Both the position numbers and the translations under genes were made by a program. A stretch of 45,781 nucleotides of DNA from Methanosarcinaceae archaeon (GTDB lineage Archaea; Halobacteriota; Methanosarcinia; Methanosarcinales; Methanosarcinaceae): assembly GCA_019429165.1 (NCBI GenBank), contig JAHYJJ010000001.1, forward strand, positions 1-45,781. The letters run 5' to 3'. Of the stretch, positions 1 through 8,068 are shown piece after piece. Numbering within the stretch: position 1 is the stretch's first letter; each line of letters starts with the position of its first letter. The notes under the pieces were generated by a model. That model was given only the letters and a program-made list of their open reading frames with translations, searched no databases and was not told the DNA's origin.

Positions 1-261
1 CTGGGATTAATATCCCTGTTGTTGTGGTTACATTACTTGCACCATAAAACACGTCTGTGTCGCTCACATTATAGATTATAATTGTTCTACGACCAACTTG
101 TTCAATTGTCGGAATTAAATAAGCAATATTCAATGTTGTTAAGGTTACTGCTGTTGTAACCATTGTTGTCAAAGCATTTGTATTGGTTATAAGTGTATCT
201 TGTTTTGCTGCTGTAGCTTTCCCAGTAGTATCACAAACAGTTATCTTTCCGTCAATACTTG
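1..261. repeat. Direct repeat copy 1 (partner 30501..30761)
   Basis: 1-127 identical to 30501-30627, then 10 substitutions up to 261 (about 96% identity). Confidence 0.97.
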
Positions 262-1000
262 AAAGTGTGGTTTCAGATGCCATATTAGATGTTCCATTTG
301 TTTCTTCTATACTAACTTTTAAATTCCCACCTGCAGTAGAGTCAATCGGTGTGAAATATCCGTCTGGTTTTTGTGCAGTCAAGACGGCTTTAACTAACTC
401 GGCGTCATCTTGTGGAGAAATTAAATCATTAATTCGGTGACTGCTGGGCTTAACATAATACGGTTTCAATATGGTCTGCAATCTGAAATATGTCTGTGCT
501 GTTCCGCCATTAGTATACACAATTCGATAATATCGCGCAGCTGGTTGAAACGAATAAACCTTTGCATCTCCTGCATTGATGGTATACACATCGCCGTCGT
601 CCCAGGTAATTCCATCTACTGAAAATTCAATTTTAAATCCGTCAGTAGCTGACGTATGGCTCGCGGTTACCATAACTTGAATAACACCGAAATTCTTGAT
701 GTCTTCTGCCTCTCCTGTGAATACACCACCAACCAATAACGGTGTATTGGTGCTATTAACTAACGATACATGTCCAGGACTGAATGTAACTAATCCTTTA
801 TGACCGTCACAAGAAATAATATCTGCTAGGTTACCTGCTGTATCTGTAATCTGTGTCTTTTGACTACCATTTGTTTGGTTTTCTTGTGTAGCTGGATTTA
901 AGACTGTGCCAGAATCGTTCACAACAGTCACTCTCTTAGAACCCGATGTGTCTATATGTTCAGATTTCGTGCATTCTTGACTATTCTTTGAAGTTACCAC
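1..1000 (-). CDS. Virion-associated/structural hypothetical protein, 3' part continues at 30500..30409 on circularisation (363 aa)
   Basis: Not in the ORF track. GTG at 1000 after GAAGGTG. Open reading MVTSKNSQECTKSEH...FSVDGITWDDGD...ARYYRIVYTNGGTAQTYFRLQT...TTTTGILIP, joining AGGKDAIDCESG...EMK*. Structural role inferred from position only. Confidence 0.8.
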   Translation of the reverse strand, partial: MVTSKNSQECTKSEHIDTSGSKRVTVVNDSGTVLNPATQENQTNGSQKTQITDTAGNLADIISCDGHKGLVTFSPGHVSLVNSTNTPLLVGGVFTGEAEDIKNFGVIQVMVTASHTSATDGFKIEFSVDGITWDDGDVYTINAGDAKVYSFQPAARYYRIVYTNGGTAQTYFRLQTILKPYYVKPSSHRINDLISPQDDAELVKAVLTAQKPDGYFTPIDSTAGGNLKVSIEETNGTSNMASETTLSSIDGKITVCDTTGKATAAKQDTLITNTNALTTMVTTAVTLTTLNIAYLIPTIEQVGRRTIIIYNVSDTDVFYGASNVTTTTGILIP

Positions 1001-1002
1001 AA

Positions 1003-3183
1003 CTACACCTTCTTAGCAATGAATGTGTGTCTACTTTGATAATGAGACACTGGCGCAAGTGGATTGACCGTCCAGTCTGGAAAATATTTCTTGGACACCC
1101 TGGTCAATATACTCACATAATCATCCCAGGACACGCCAGACTTGGTTAATTGTTTGATTTCCTTGGATGCCTGGGTGGTTCGGTTATCATCTACACCGAT
1201 ATGATAATATTTGTAAGTCTCGCCAGTCTTGTCATATTGAACCTTACGTGATGCCACACTTATCTTGGTGGTCTCAGTCCTTGCAATGTTGCGCAACCTG
1301 GACTCAATCGCTGTGGTGTTCTCTTTCATGGCTTCAACTATGTTATTTATGCTGAAACCCTCTTTATTATCATACGCCAGGACAACTGCATTTTTTAACT
1401 TTTGGCTTAGTTCCTCGCTCATATTAGCAAACGCTTCCTGGTATACTGGTTCTCTCTTAAGGGCCTCAACCACGTTCTTATCAACATCAGTATATGTAAA
1501 TTCTCTACCGATATCCTTGCCCAGGTCTTGCATGGCTTTTCTATATATCGCCTTAAGTTTACTACTACTCTTGGACTTGATAACGCTATCAAAATCTTTA
1601 ACCGTCTCTCTAATCTTAGCATCCAACTCAGCAGTAGTTGGTCGTGTTTTAGAATCAAACTTGCTCAACAGTTTCTCAAGCTCATGTAACAACGCATTCT
1701 CTAGTTGTTTCTCTTGCTTTGCTTGAATAGGGTCGTTTTTTTTTATACTCTTACCCAGGCTCTTACCCATGTCAAAGAATGAATCTTGCGCAACGTTCTG
1801 GATTGTAACCTTACCAGCACCGAATGAAAACTCACCAGTCTCGTTCATGGCAACCTCAATCCCCAGCTCAGCCGTAGCCTTAGCAATCTGGATATCTTTC
1901 AACCGCAAATCCTTCTCGTACACTTTATCCTGGTCTCTGCTTGGATTTAATATGATTTCATAGTCTGAAACACCTAACTGCGCACACACCCAGGGTAATA
2001 TCTTCTCGTTATATATACTCTGCCCCATCTCAACCCCACGGTCGGTGACTTTAATCTGTAATCCCTCGTTGTTCAGACCACCACCCTGACTCGTATCATT
2101 CTGGAATATTGGCGACACATTAAATACTGACCCAATCTGGGTGCGTATTTCGTTCCGCACCTCAGAATATTGCATCTCTTGTAAATTGCGCATGAAATCT
2201 ACCCATTTAATAGGGTCTTTACCATCACCAGATTGATGAATAAGCGGATTAATAGCATGTGGATTCTTGCGCACTTTTTCAATGAATGCGTCCCAGAATG
2301 TCCAGAAACCCTGAGCATTACTTGTATTAACTGTCAATATACCTTTAGGTACTTTGTTTCCAGAATAATATTGTTTGATGTAATAATCCATGTTAATGAG
2401 AGTTATTGTTTTGTTATACAAAGAATACAGTGGACTGAAACCGTAGGTTTTTGTTGGATGATACTTGGATACGTGTAATATCTCACTTGTGTCATAATAT
2501 GAAAAACTACTCGTCTTACCACCCACTCGCACCTTGTAACATGCTCGCATGTTTTTTATTCCGTTTGTATTGTGAGTGTCCTGTGTAATCTCAGACCTAT
2601 TTTCTGGGTCAAAGAATACAGGTTGACCGTCTGAGTTATGCGCCAGACGGTTAGTGGAATCAAAAACCATCTCAATACTTAGCGGGTCTACCCTTAGGAA
2701 CTCCTGAACCTCCGCACCGATAATTTCGTTATATCCATTAACCAGGAAGTTCTTCCGTGCGAATAGATAAGCGTCATCCACAATATTCAAATCGTTCTCA
2801 ATTTCCATGAGCACCTCTTTAAGTGTCTGGCTGTTAGAGTTAGCCTTGCGCAATAAATCCTCAACCTTTTTAATCTGCGCGTCGTTCTCAAACGTGGTCG
2901 TGTTTTTGCAATTAAAGCCGTTCCTGAAGATTTCACTTTTAAGTGTGTTCAATACGTTTTGTAATATGTCAGAATACACACTAAGTTGATACAACTCAAC
3001 CACACCAACCCTAGTGTCAAAGATACCCCATGATTGTGTCTTGTCCAGGCTGAAGAAACTATTCTCATCCTGTGGTCGCAAATAATTCTGAATGACTTTA
3101 AGATCTTCAGCACCTTTTGTCAAACTTTTAAAATCTGATGACTTGACTATCTTAAAATTTTTAACCAAATTAAATAATCCCAT
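1003..3183 (-). CDS. Portal protein fused to MuF (SPP1 gp7-like) minor head domain
   Basis: Portal motifs (ILHVSKYHP..YGFSPL, YYSGNKVPKGIL, EMQYSEVR..IGSVFNVSP). C-terminal IARTET...DDNRTT...PVSHYQSRH MuF pattern. Lies downstream of terL. Confidence 0.88.
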   Translation of the reverse strand: MGLFNLVKNFKIVKSSDFKSLTKGAEDLKVIQNYLRPQDENSFFSLDKTQSWGIFDTRVGVVELYQLSVYSDILQNVLNTLKSEIFRNGFNCKNTTTFENDAQIKKVEDLLRKANSNSQTLKEVLMEIENDLNIVDDAYLFARKNFLVNGYNEIIGAEVQEFLRVDPLSIEMVFDSTNRLAHNSDGQPVFFDPENRSEITQDTHNTNGIKNMRACYKVRVGGKTSSFSYYDTSEILHVSKYHPTKTYGFSPLYSLYNKTITLINMDYYIKQYYSGNKVPKGILTVNTSNAQGFWTFWDAFIEKVRKNPHAINPLIHQSGDGKDPIKWVDFMRNLQEMQYSEVRNEIRTQIGSVFNVSPIFQNDTSQGGGLNNEGLQIKVTDRGVEMGQSIYNEKILPWVCAQLGVSDYEIILNPSRDQDKVYEKDLRLKDIQIAKATAELGIEVAMNETGEFSFGAGKVTIQNVAQDSFFDMGKSLGKSIKKNDPIQAKQEKQLENALLHELEKLLSKFDSKTRPTTAELDAKIRETVKDFDSVIKSKSSSKLKAIYRKAMQDLGKDIGREFTYTDVDKNVVEALKREPVYQEAFANMSEELSQKLKNAVVLAYDNKEGFSINNIVEAMKENTTAIESRLRNIARTETTKISVASRKVQYDKTGETYKYYHIGVDDNRTTQASKEIKQLTKSGVSWDDYVSILTRVSKKYFPDWTVNPLAPVSHYQSRHTFIAKKV

Positions 3184-3206
3184 TATAAGATAAACCTCAT
3201 CTTGTT

Positions 3207-3220
3207 CTTATATATGTAAC
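3207..3220 (-). promoter_or_regulatory. Late promoter (GTTACATATATAAG), leaderless-type, for portal
   Basis: Identical 14-mer also at 24383 and 27677; 24 nt from the ATG at 3183. Confidence 0.75.
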
Positions 3221-3669
3221 TATTTTTTTAATTCCACAGCGCTCTTTAAACCCTTGAACTGTTCCACCCAGGCTATTATGTCTAATCGTTGCGCATCCAT
3301 GTCAAGTAACAAACCCTCGGAGGCCTTTAATACTTTCTCTCGGCTCATCACATTCATGAACTTAAGTGTGTCCTCAGACTCCATCTGCTCCTTGAATTTG
3401 ATATATTCAGGTGTTGATACAACATCTGCAATCTCAGACTTGATATCAGTAATCTCTTTCTCTTTTTTGGTGCGTTCGATGTCAAAATTGTCTAGCTCAG
3501 CCTGGAACAAGTTATTTATAACATCGTCAATCTCTGCAACCGATATGTTATGTTCCTCAACAATCTGGACAACATGCTTCCCCTTACCGTTAGTGAACTC
3601 GTCACGCTTAACAGCAATGTAATCGTCTTCTTCAACCCTGAAGTCTCTTGTGGTTTTTCTTTTTACCAT
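3220..3669 (-). CDS. Hypothetical coiled-coil protein
   Basis: ORF; ATG 3669 preceded by GAGGCGA; charged heptad-like sequence. Confidence 0.7.
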   Translation of the reverse strand: MVKRKTTRDFRVEEDDYIAVKRDEFTNGKGKHVVQIVEEHNISVAEIDDVINNLFQAELDNFDIERTKKEKEITDIKSEIADVVSTPEYIKFKEQMESEDTLKFMNVMSREKVLKASEGLLLDMDAQRLDIIAWVEQFKGLKSAVELKK

Positions 3670-3898
3670 TTTTAGTCGCCTCGTTAATCTTTTTATATAA
3701 CTTAATCGTATCAAACCAATAATCTATCTCGTGTGGTTTTAACCTGGTCTGTTTGGTGTATTTTTTACCATGTAACATGACCAGATATTTATATGTTCTC
3801 TCGGTGGATGATGTTTTCAATTCAACTATAGCTCGTTTACCGTCACTTATTAATAAAGTACCGGCTATTTTTAAAATCGTTCCTGTCACTTTATGCAT
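3632..3898 (-). CDS. Hypothetical basic protein
   Basis: 88-aa ORF in operon orientation between terL and the coiled-coil gene. Confidence 0.6.
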   Translation of the reverse strand: MHKVTGTILKIAGTLLISDGKRAIVELKTSSTERTYKYLVMLHGKKYTKQTRLKPHEIDYWFDTIKLYKKINEATKNGKKKNHKRLQG

Positions 3899-3938
3899 AA
3901 CATATTATATGTTTCTAACCTTTTATATTTTATCAAGA

Positions 3939-5288
3939 CTAAAAATTGACATCCAGGCTTTGTCCCACGTGAAACTCTTCCTTGACACCAACCTCGAACA
4001 CCATGCGCATCATCAATGCATCTGAAAAGTCTGTACTTCTACCCAGGTTTTGTTTCATTATATCCTTGCCAATAATAGACAACTTGCCATCCTTGTCCGC
4101 ATCCTTTCTGGTTATCTGTTCCAGGTCTTGAATCAACTTCTCCTTGATTTCAATGTTATCCACACCAAAATATACTTTGTTCTCCTCAACCATCTGCGCC
4201 AGTTTGAAGTAACATTGAGATTTCAAATTATAATAGTTGTCTCCTGCAAGTGCTCGTGAACCATTCACAAACCCAGTACACCCAGGTAACTCGTCACAAA
4301 GCCCTCCACCGACTCCATCCTCATCAATCACGATATGACTACGTGGCACCGAATATGTCTCGGCTATCTCGTTTATGGTTTCTCGTATCTGTTTTATCAA
4401 ACTTATATCGTATATATACGCCCTGTCAACCCTCAGACCGGACCAGAGATATATCACACATTTGTCTGAACCCTTACGGGCTACATCACAGGTTATGTAC
4501 CGTTCACCATATTCAACAAAGGTGTTCGTGAACATGTTCAATATATCGTCATACTTGAACAATTTGTTCAAGTCATCGTCATATTCCCAGTTACCATATA
4601 GAAGTCGTTCTTTTGACAACTTATCTAACTTTTCAAGACTGTTTATATAGTGTTTAGACACGTTCGGGTTGTCACCGACCAAACTCTGAATAAACACACG
4701 ACCCGGTAGCAATGAACCCTCTTTATATGGTTTGTAAAATTCATTATACATCCAATTTTTAGACGGGTTTGAACAAATAAGTAACTTCGGGACCAGGCCG
4801 TTCTCGTCCAGTTTATATCTAATCCTGGACATGACAATATGTTTCGCTTTCTCAGAAATCTGTGACGCCTCGTCAATGAATGCGCCAGTATACTCTGTAC
4901 TACCCAGACTGTCAAAGTTAGGGTCGCTTGGGTAATGGAACAAATCTTTAAGCATAATCTCGCTACCATTCGCAAACGTTATGGTGGAACTGAGTGGATT
5001 AATATTAACTGTTCCCTGCCAACCCAGGCTATACACCAACTCAGTGAACGTTTTTAATGTTGACTCTTTAAGGTTCTTAAGTATGGCTCGACCCATGAGC
5101 CACCTAGTCCGGGGATATGTCTGGCACATATACAACAGCCACAGACAACCCAGAAAACTCTTACCTCCAGAAACACCGCCACCGAACACAATCTCGTTGG
5201 TTTCTGTGTCCATCAACACGCTCCAGGCTTTATTTTGTTTCTCTGTTAGTGTTATCTGCATCTGCTCCATCATCCGCCACCATATCAA
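3939..5288 (-). CDS. terL: Terminase large subunit (virus A); true start probably 5270 or 5261
   Basis: Walker A GGGVSGGKS, Walker B AFIDEASQ, coupling motif CSNP, RNase H nuclease CDVARKGSD...VIDEDGVGG...DFSDALMM. Confidence 0.95.
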   Translation of the reverse strand: MIWWRMMEQMQITLTEKQNKAWSVLMDTETNEIVFGGGVSGGKSFLGCLWLLYMCQTYPRTRWLMGRAILKNLKESTLKTFTELVYSLGWQGTVNINPLSSTITFANGSEIMLKDLFHYPSDPNFDSLGSTEYTGAFIDEASQISEKAKHIVMSRIRYKLDENGLVPKLLICSNPSKNWMYNEFYKPYKEGSLLPGRVFIQSLVGDNPNVSKHYINSLEKLDKLSKERLLYGNWEYDDDLNKLFKYDDILNMFTNTFVEYGERYITCDVARKGSDKCVIYLWSGLRVDRAYIYDISLIKQIRETINEIAETYSVPRSHIVIDEDGVGGGLCDELPGCTGFVNGSRALAGDNYYNLKSQCYFKLAQMVEENKVYFGVDNIEIKEKLIQDLEQITRKDADKDGKLSIIGKDIMKQNLGRSTDFSDALMMRMVFEVGVKEEFHVGQSLDVNF

Positions 5289-5775
5289 CTATTTTAGTTG
5301 GTGTGTCCCTTATCAATATTAATTGTTTCTCCACACCAATTAAAACCTTTTCTGTTGCTTTCTCTTTTATATGAAAATTTTCCAAGAACGCAGTAAACCT
5401 GTCAAGCACCCTCAACATCAAGTCCACAGACTCCCTGCGCTCTTTAATCGATGAAGACTTCGCTAACATATACTGTGCTTCTCTGAACAATCTATCAAAC
5501 ACCACCTGAATTTTAATTCTGGTGGCATTTATGTCCTCAGGTGGCATGTCTTCATATATATCGGTTAGGTAGTTAGATATTGTCTGCCTGCGCACGTTAT
5601 ACTTCTCACCTAACGCTGTCTGAGTCAACCCAATTATTTGGCCAGACTCAACCAGCTTGGTTAATTCACCCATAATATAAAACTTATCAACCAGGGCTTT
5701 CCTACCCGGTGTTATATGTTTTTCAACGGGTTTACGTGGTTTTTTCTTTTTAATTTTTGCAGGCATATTAATCAT
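5230..5775 (-). CDS. terS: Probable terminase small subunit (HTH)
   Basis: Overlaps the terL start; HTH-like TQTALGEKYNVRRQTISNYL followed by a helical oligomerisation region. Confidence 0.7.
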   Translation of the reverse strand: MINMPAKIKKKKPRKPVEKHITPGRKALVDKFYIMGELTKLVESGQIIGLTQTALGEKYNVRRQTISNYLTDIYEDMPPEDINATRIKIQVVFDRLFREAQYMLAKSSSIKERRESVDLMLRVLDRFTAFLENFHIKEKATEKVLIGVEKQLILIRDTPTKIVDMVADDGADADNTNRETK

Positions 5776-5957
5776 TCCCAAACAATATATTATTATGTAT
5801 AATGTTTTATATATTTGTCTTGATTCCAGACACACAAAACAACATTATCATTTTTATACATTTTTAAACGTTTTAAGACACTTTTATTTTTGTTATACCT
5901 TTATAGGTTTTTATAATAATATTGTTTGTATTGGTTTAAAATCAACCAATACATCGT

Positions 5958-6140
5958 TTATACATTTGGTCTTGTTTTCAAATATTCTTCTATCAAATCT
6001 TGTTTATACAGACAAAACCTAACGAACCCGCTAAAATCCCCATAACATTTTAATTTGTCGTCAATGATGTCTCTTTCTTTTCCGTATAGGCTCACTTGTT
6101 TTAGTTGAACCCTTTCGAACTTTCTTCGTAATCTAACCAT
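5958..6140 (-). CDS. Small ribbon-helix-helix-like DNA-binding protein
   Basis: ATG 6140 with GGAGGTGA SD; QVSLY..ERDII..KLK.YGDFSGFVRFCL fits the RHH pattern. Confidence 0.6.
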   Translation of the reverse strand: MVRLRRKFERVQLKQVSLYGKERDIIDDKLKCYGDFSGFVRFCLYKQDLIEEYLKTRPNV

Positions 6141-6181
6141 ATTTTTCACCTCCTTCAACAAAACCGATAACAGTAGCGACT

Positions 6182-6286
6182 TTATAAGATTATAGCAATT
6201 ATAGAGTGGTTTCCCACTTACTCTATATATAATACCTCTCATGTGAATAAGTGGGAAACCACTCTATATTTCACATAATCTTATAA
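6182..6286. repeat. Long palindrome P1 (39-bp arms, 27-nt spacer)
   Basis: TTATAAGATTAT-n6-TATAGAGTGGTTTCCCACTTA (6182-6220) and its reverse complement (6248-6286). Confidence 0.95.
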
Positions 6287-6447
6287 TTTTATTAGGCACC
6301 AAGTATATTATTATATAAATGTTACCCCACATATTAATCGAACCTCTATTTTTCGCAAACTTAAAAAACTCTCACCAATTAATAGTAACAATTTTTATCA
6401 TTTTTTTTTAAAATCCCACAGACCAAAAGAATAACCATAAAAATCGT

Positions 6448-6610
6448 TTTTATGGTTCTCAAAATATCTCCCAACCATATAACGCCGTTATATAACTTTT
6501 ATGGTTCTCAAAATATCTCCCAACCATATAACGCCGTTATATAACTTTTATGGTTCTCAAAATATCTCCCAACCATATAACGCCGTTATATAGCTTTTAT
6601 GGTTCTCAAA
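6448..6610. repeat. 49-bp tandem repeat, about 3.3 copies
   Basis: Unit TTTTATGGTTCTCAAAATATCTCCCAACCATATAACGCCGTTATATAAC starts at 6448, 6497, 6546, partial at 6595. Internal palindrome ATATAACG-C-CGTTATAT. Confidence 0.97.
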
Positions 6611-6817
6611 CTTGTACCATTTATGCGCCCAGGAGTAATTATACCGTACCTTAATTTTTCGTAGCAACCTAGGTACAAATATAACAAATGGTAATATGGG
6701 TGTCAAGGACACCACACCAAGAACAATATCAGTAAGACTGGCTGTAGATGTTACTGTCAAACCTCGTTGTATATCACCTAATATCATTACAAAAAACACC
6801 CACAACATATAATACAT
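6557..6817 (-). CDS. Small membrane protein (2 hydrophobic segments)
   Basis: ORF with hydrophobic stretches; its 3' end lies inside the tandem repeat; TATA-like promoter at 6806-6841. Confidence 0.5.
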   Translation of the reverse strand: MYYMLWVFFVMILGDIQRGLTVTSTASLTDIVLGVVSLTPILPFVIFVPRLLRKIKVRYNYSWAHKWYKFENHKSYITALYGWEIF

Positions 6818-6846
6818 TATATAATTATATAAACTTTGTGGTATAT

Positions 6847-7296
6847 TTACACCTTAATGACCCAGAACCCGTCTTGTATATCACACATAAACTGTTTGAA
6901 CAGTCCCATGAAATCATATAGTGTCATGCTTTTTTTAACAAAACCACGCCTAGCACCAATCCAGGAATCTATATCTATCAAGAACGCATGACTCTTTGAC
7001 TTAGACCCAAACCACCAAACCACGAACAAATATGACTTGTTGCGTGGGTAACGCCCAGACCACTGTAACAATTTAGTCTCCTGTGTTACCCTGTCCAGGA
7101 CAAACACTGGCACCTTTGTCTTCATCGTAATCTGTTTGCACTCAATCAACACATCAAACAACTCAGTCTGCGCCAGATAATCCGCGCTGGTGCTCGTGTG
7201 AGCAAACTGGTTGACTTGTATCTTGGTTATGTGAGATGTCGGCTTAGAACGCTTAAAAGACGCCAGAAAATACTTCTCAGTTACCTGAACAGTCAT
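6847..7296 (-). CDS. PD-(D/E)XK nuclease, Holliday junction resolvase (Hjc/RecU-like)
   Basis: ATG 7296 after GGTGAT; motifs TE..F, ADY...IECK...Q; located in the replication module. Confidence 0.7.
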   Translation of the reverse strand: MTVQVTEKYFLASFKRSKPTSHITKIQVNQFAHTSTSADYLAQTELFDVLIECKQITMKTKVPVFVLDRVTQETKLLQWSGRYPRNKSYLFVVWWFGSKSKSHAFLIDIDSWIGARRGFVKKSMTLYDFMGLFKQFMCDIQDGFWVIKV

Positions 7297-7333
7297 ATCA
7301 CCGCACCAATTCACATCCCCATCCGTTTCACCG

Positions 7334-7483
7334 TCAACCTGTATGCCACCGATCCAGGATGGTCTCCTCTTTTTCAATGGCGACTATCCTGCATCTGTGG
7401 CAGGTATTGATACCGTATGCAAACTGCTCAAAGACATCGAAGAATGCACCACAATCGGTGCATTTCTTCTGTATAGTTTTCAT
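7334..7483 (-). CDS. Small zinc-ribbon protein (49 aa)
   Basis: Own translation MKTIQKKCTDCGAFF...NTCHRCRIVAIEKEETILDRWHTG*; CxxC..CxxC; GGAG upstream. Confidence 0.7.
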   Translation of the reverse strand: MKTIQKKCTDCGAFFDVFEQFAYGINTCHRCRIVAIEKEETILDRWHTG

Positions 7484-7486
7484 CTC

Positions 7487-7858
7487 CTAACACCCGAACA
7501 CTGTTAATGAGGCGCATCCTAGGATTGCGCCTTTTTCATCCCTGACTAGTTGGTCAGGGATTAAGAAATCGTTTCGGTCGGGGAACGCCTGCCCCACAGC
7601 CAAAGACACGATATACATCGTGCCTTCAACACTTTCGGGAATTTCAGCACTCCCGAAATGTTTGCTGTAAACAGGTATACCGTTTACAGTAAATATTTTT
7701 TTTCTGTCCTCAGACAGTCTTATACTACCCTCGGAAGGGTAGTTCACAACGACTTTATTTGTCGTTGTGTCTATAATCCCTACATTGTGGGGAGTTAAAT
7801 TTATTATTTTTACATTAAACGAATGCAATTGTCCATTCTTATTTATTGTATCTTTCAT
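7487..7858 (-). CDS. Conserved viral NxTPH-motif protein (candidate anti-defence)
   Basis: NLTPH...YIVSLAV...RNDFLIPDQLVRDEKGAILGC; GGTGA SD; homologue at 42126..42470. Confidence 0.85.
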   Translation of the reverse strand: MKDTINKNGQLHSFNVKIINLTPHNVGIIDTTTNKVVVNYPSEGSIRLSEDRKKIFTVNGIPVYSKHFGSAEIPESVEGTMYIVSLAVGQAFPDRNDFLIPDQLVRDEKGAILGCASLTVFGC

Positions 7859-7869
7859 ATTTTATCACC

Positions 7870-7992
7870 TTAACATTTATTATTTGACATTTCATCAATG
7901 TCAAAGAATATTTCATTATTTTTTCTACAGGCGTAAAAGCCTGTAGTGATTAGCCAAAAATGTTTACATTTTTGACATTTTTCATTTTCCAT
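7870..7992 (-). CDS. Small Cys-rich protein (40 aa)
   Basis: Own translation MENEKCQKCKHFWLITTGFYACRKNNEIFFDIDEMSNNKC*; AGGTGA SD; first gene after the promoter at 8031-8068. Confidence 0.6.
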   Translation of the reverse strand: MENEKCQKCKHFWLITTGFYACRKNNEIFFDIDEMSNNKC

Positions 7993-8030
7993 TTTTTTTT
8001 CACCTTTTTTTTTGGGTGTTCTCACACCCT

Positions 8031-8068
8031 CAAATATATATTGTATTATATATTTATAAAGGTTTCGG
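8031..8068 (-). promoter_or_regulatory. Early/middle promoter: BRE-TATA plus conserved downstream element
   Basis: CCGAAACCTTTATAAATATATAATACAATATATATTTG; related copies at about 11205-11242 and 13944-13978. Confidence 0.7.

Noticed and set aside
5958..6242. 94-aa ORF start inside palindrome P1
   Set aside because: A strong GGAGGTGA SD supports ATG 6140; the extension merely reads through the palindrome.
6448..6610. Possible mini-CRISPR array
   Set aside because: Units are identical along their whole 49 bp; there are no variable spacers.
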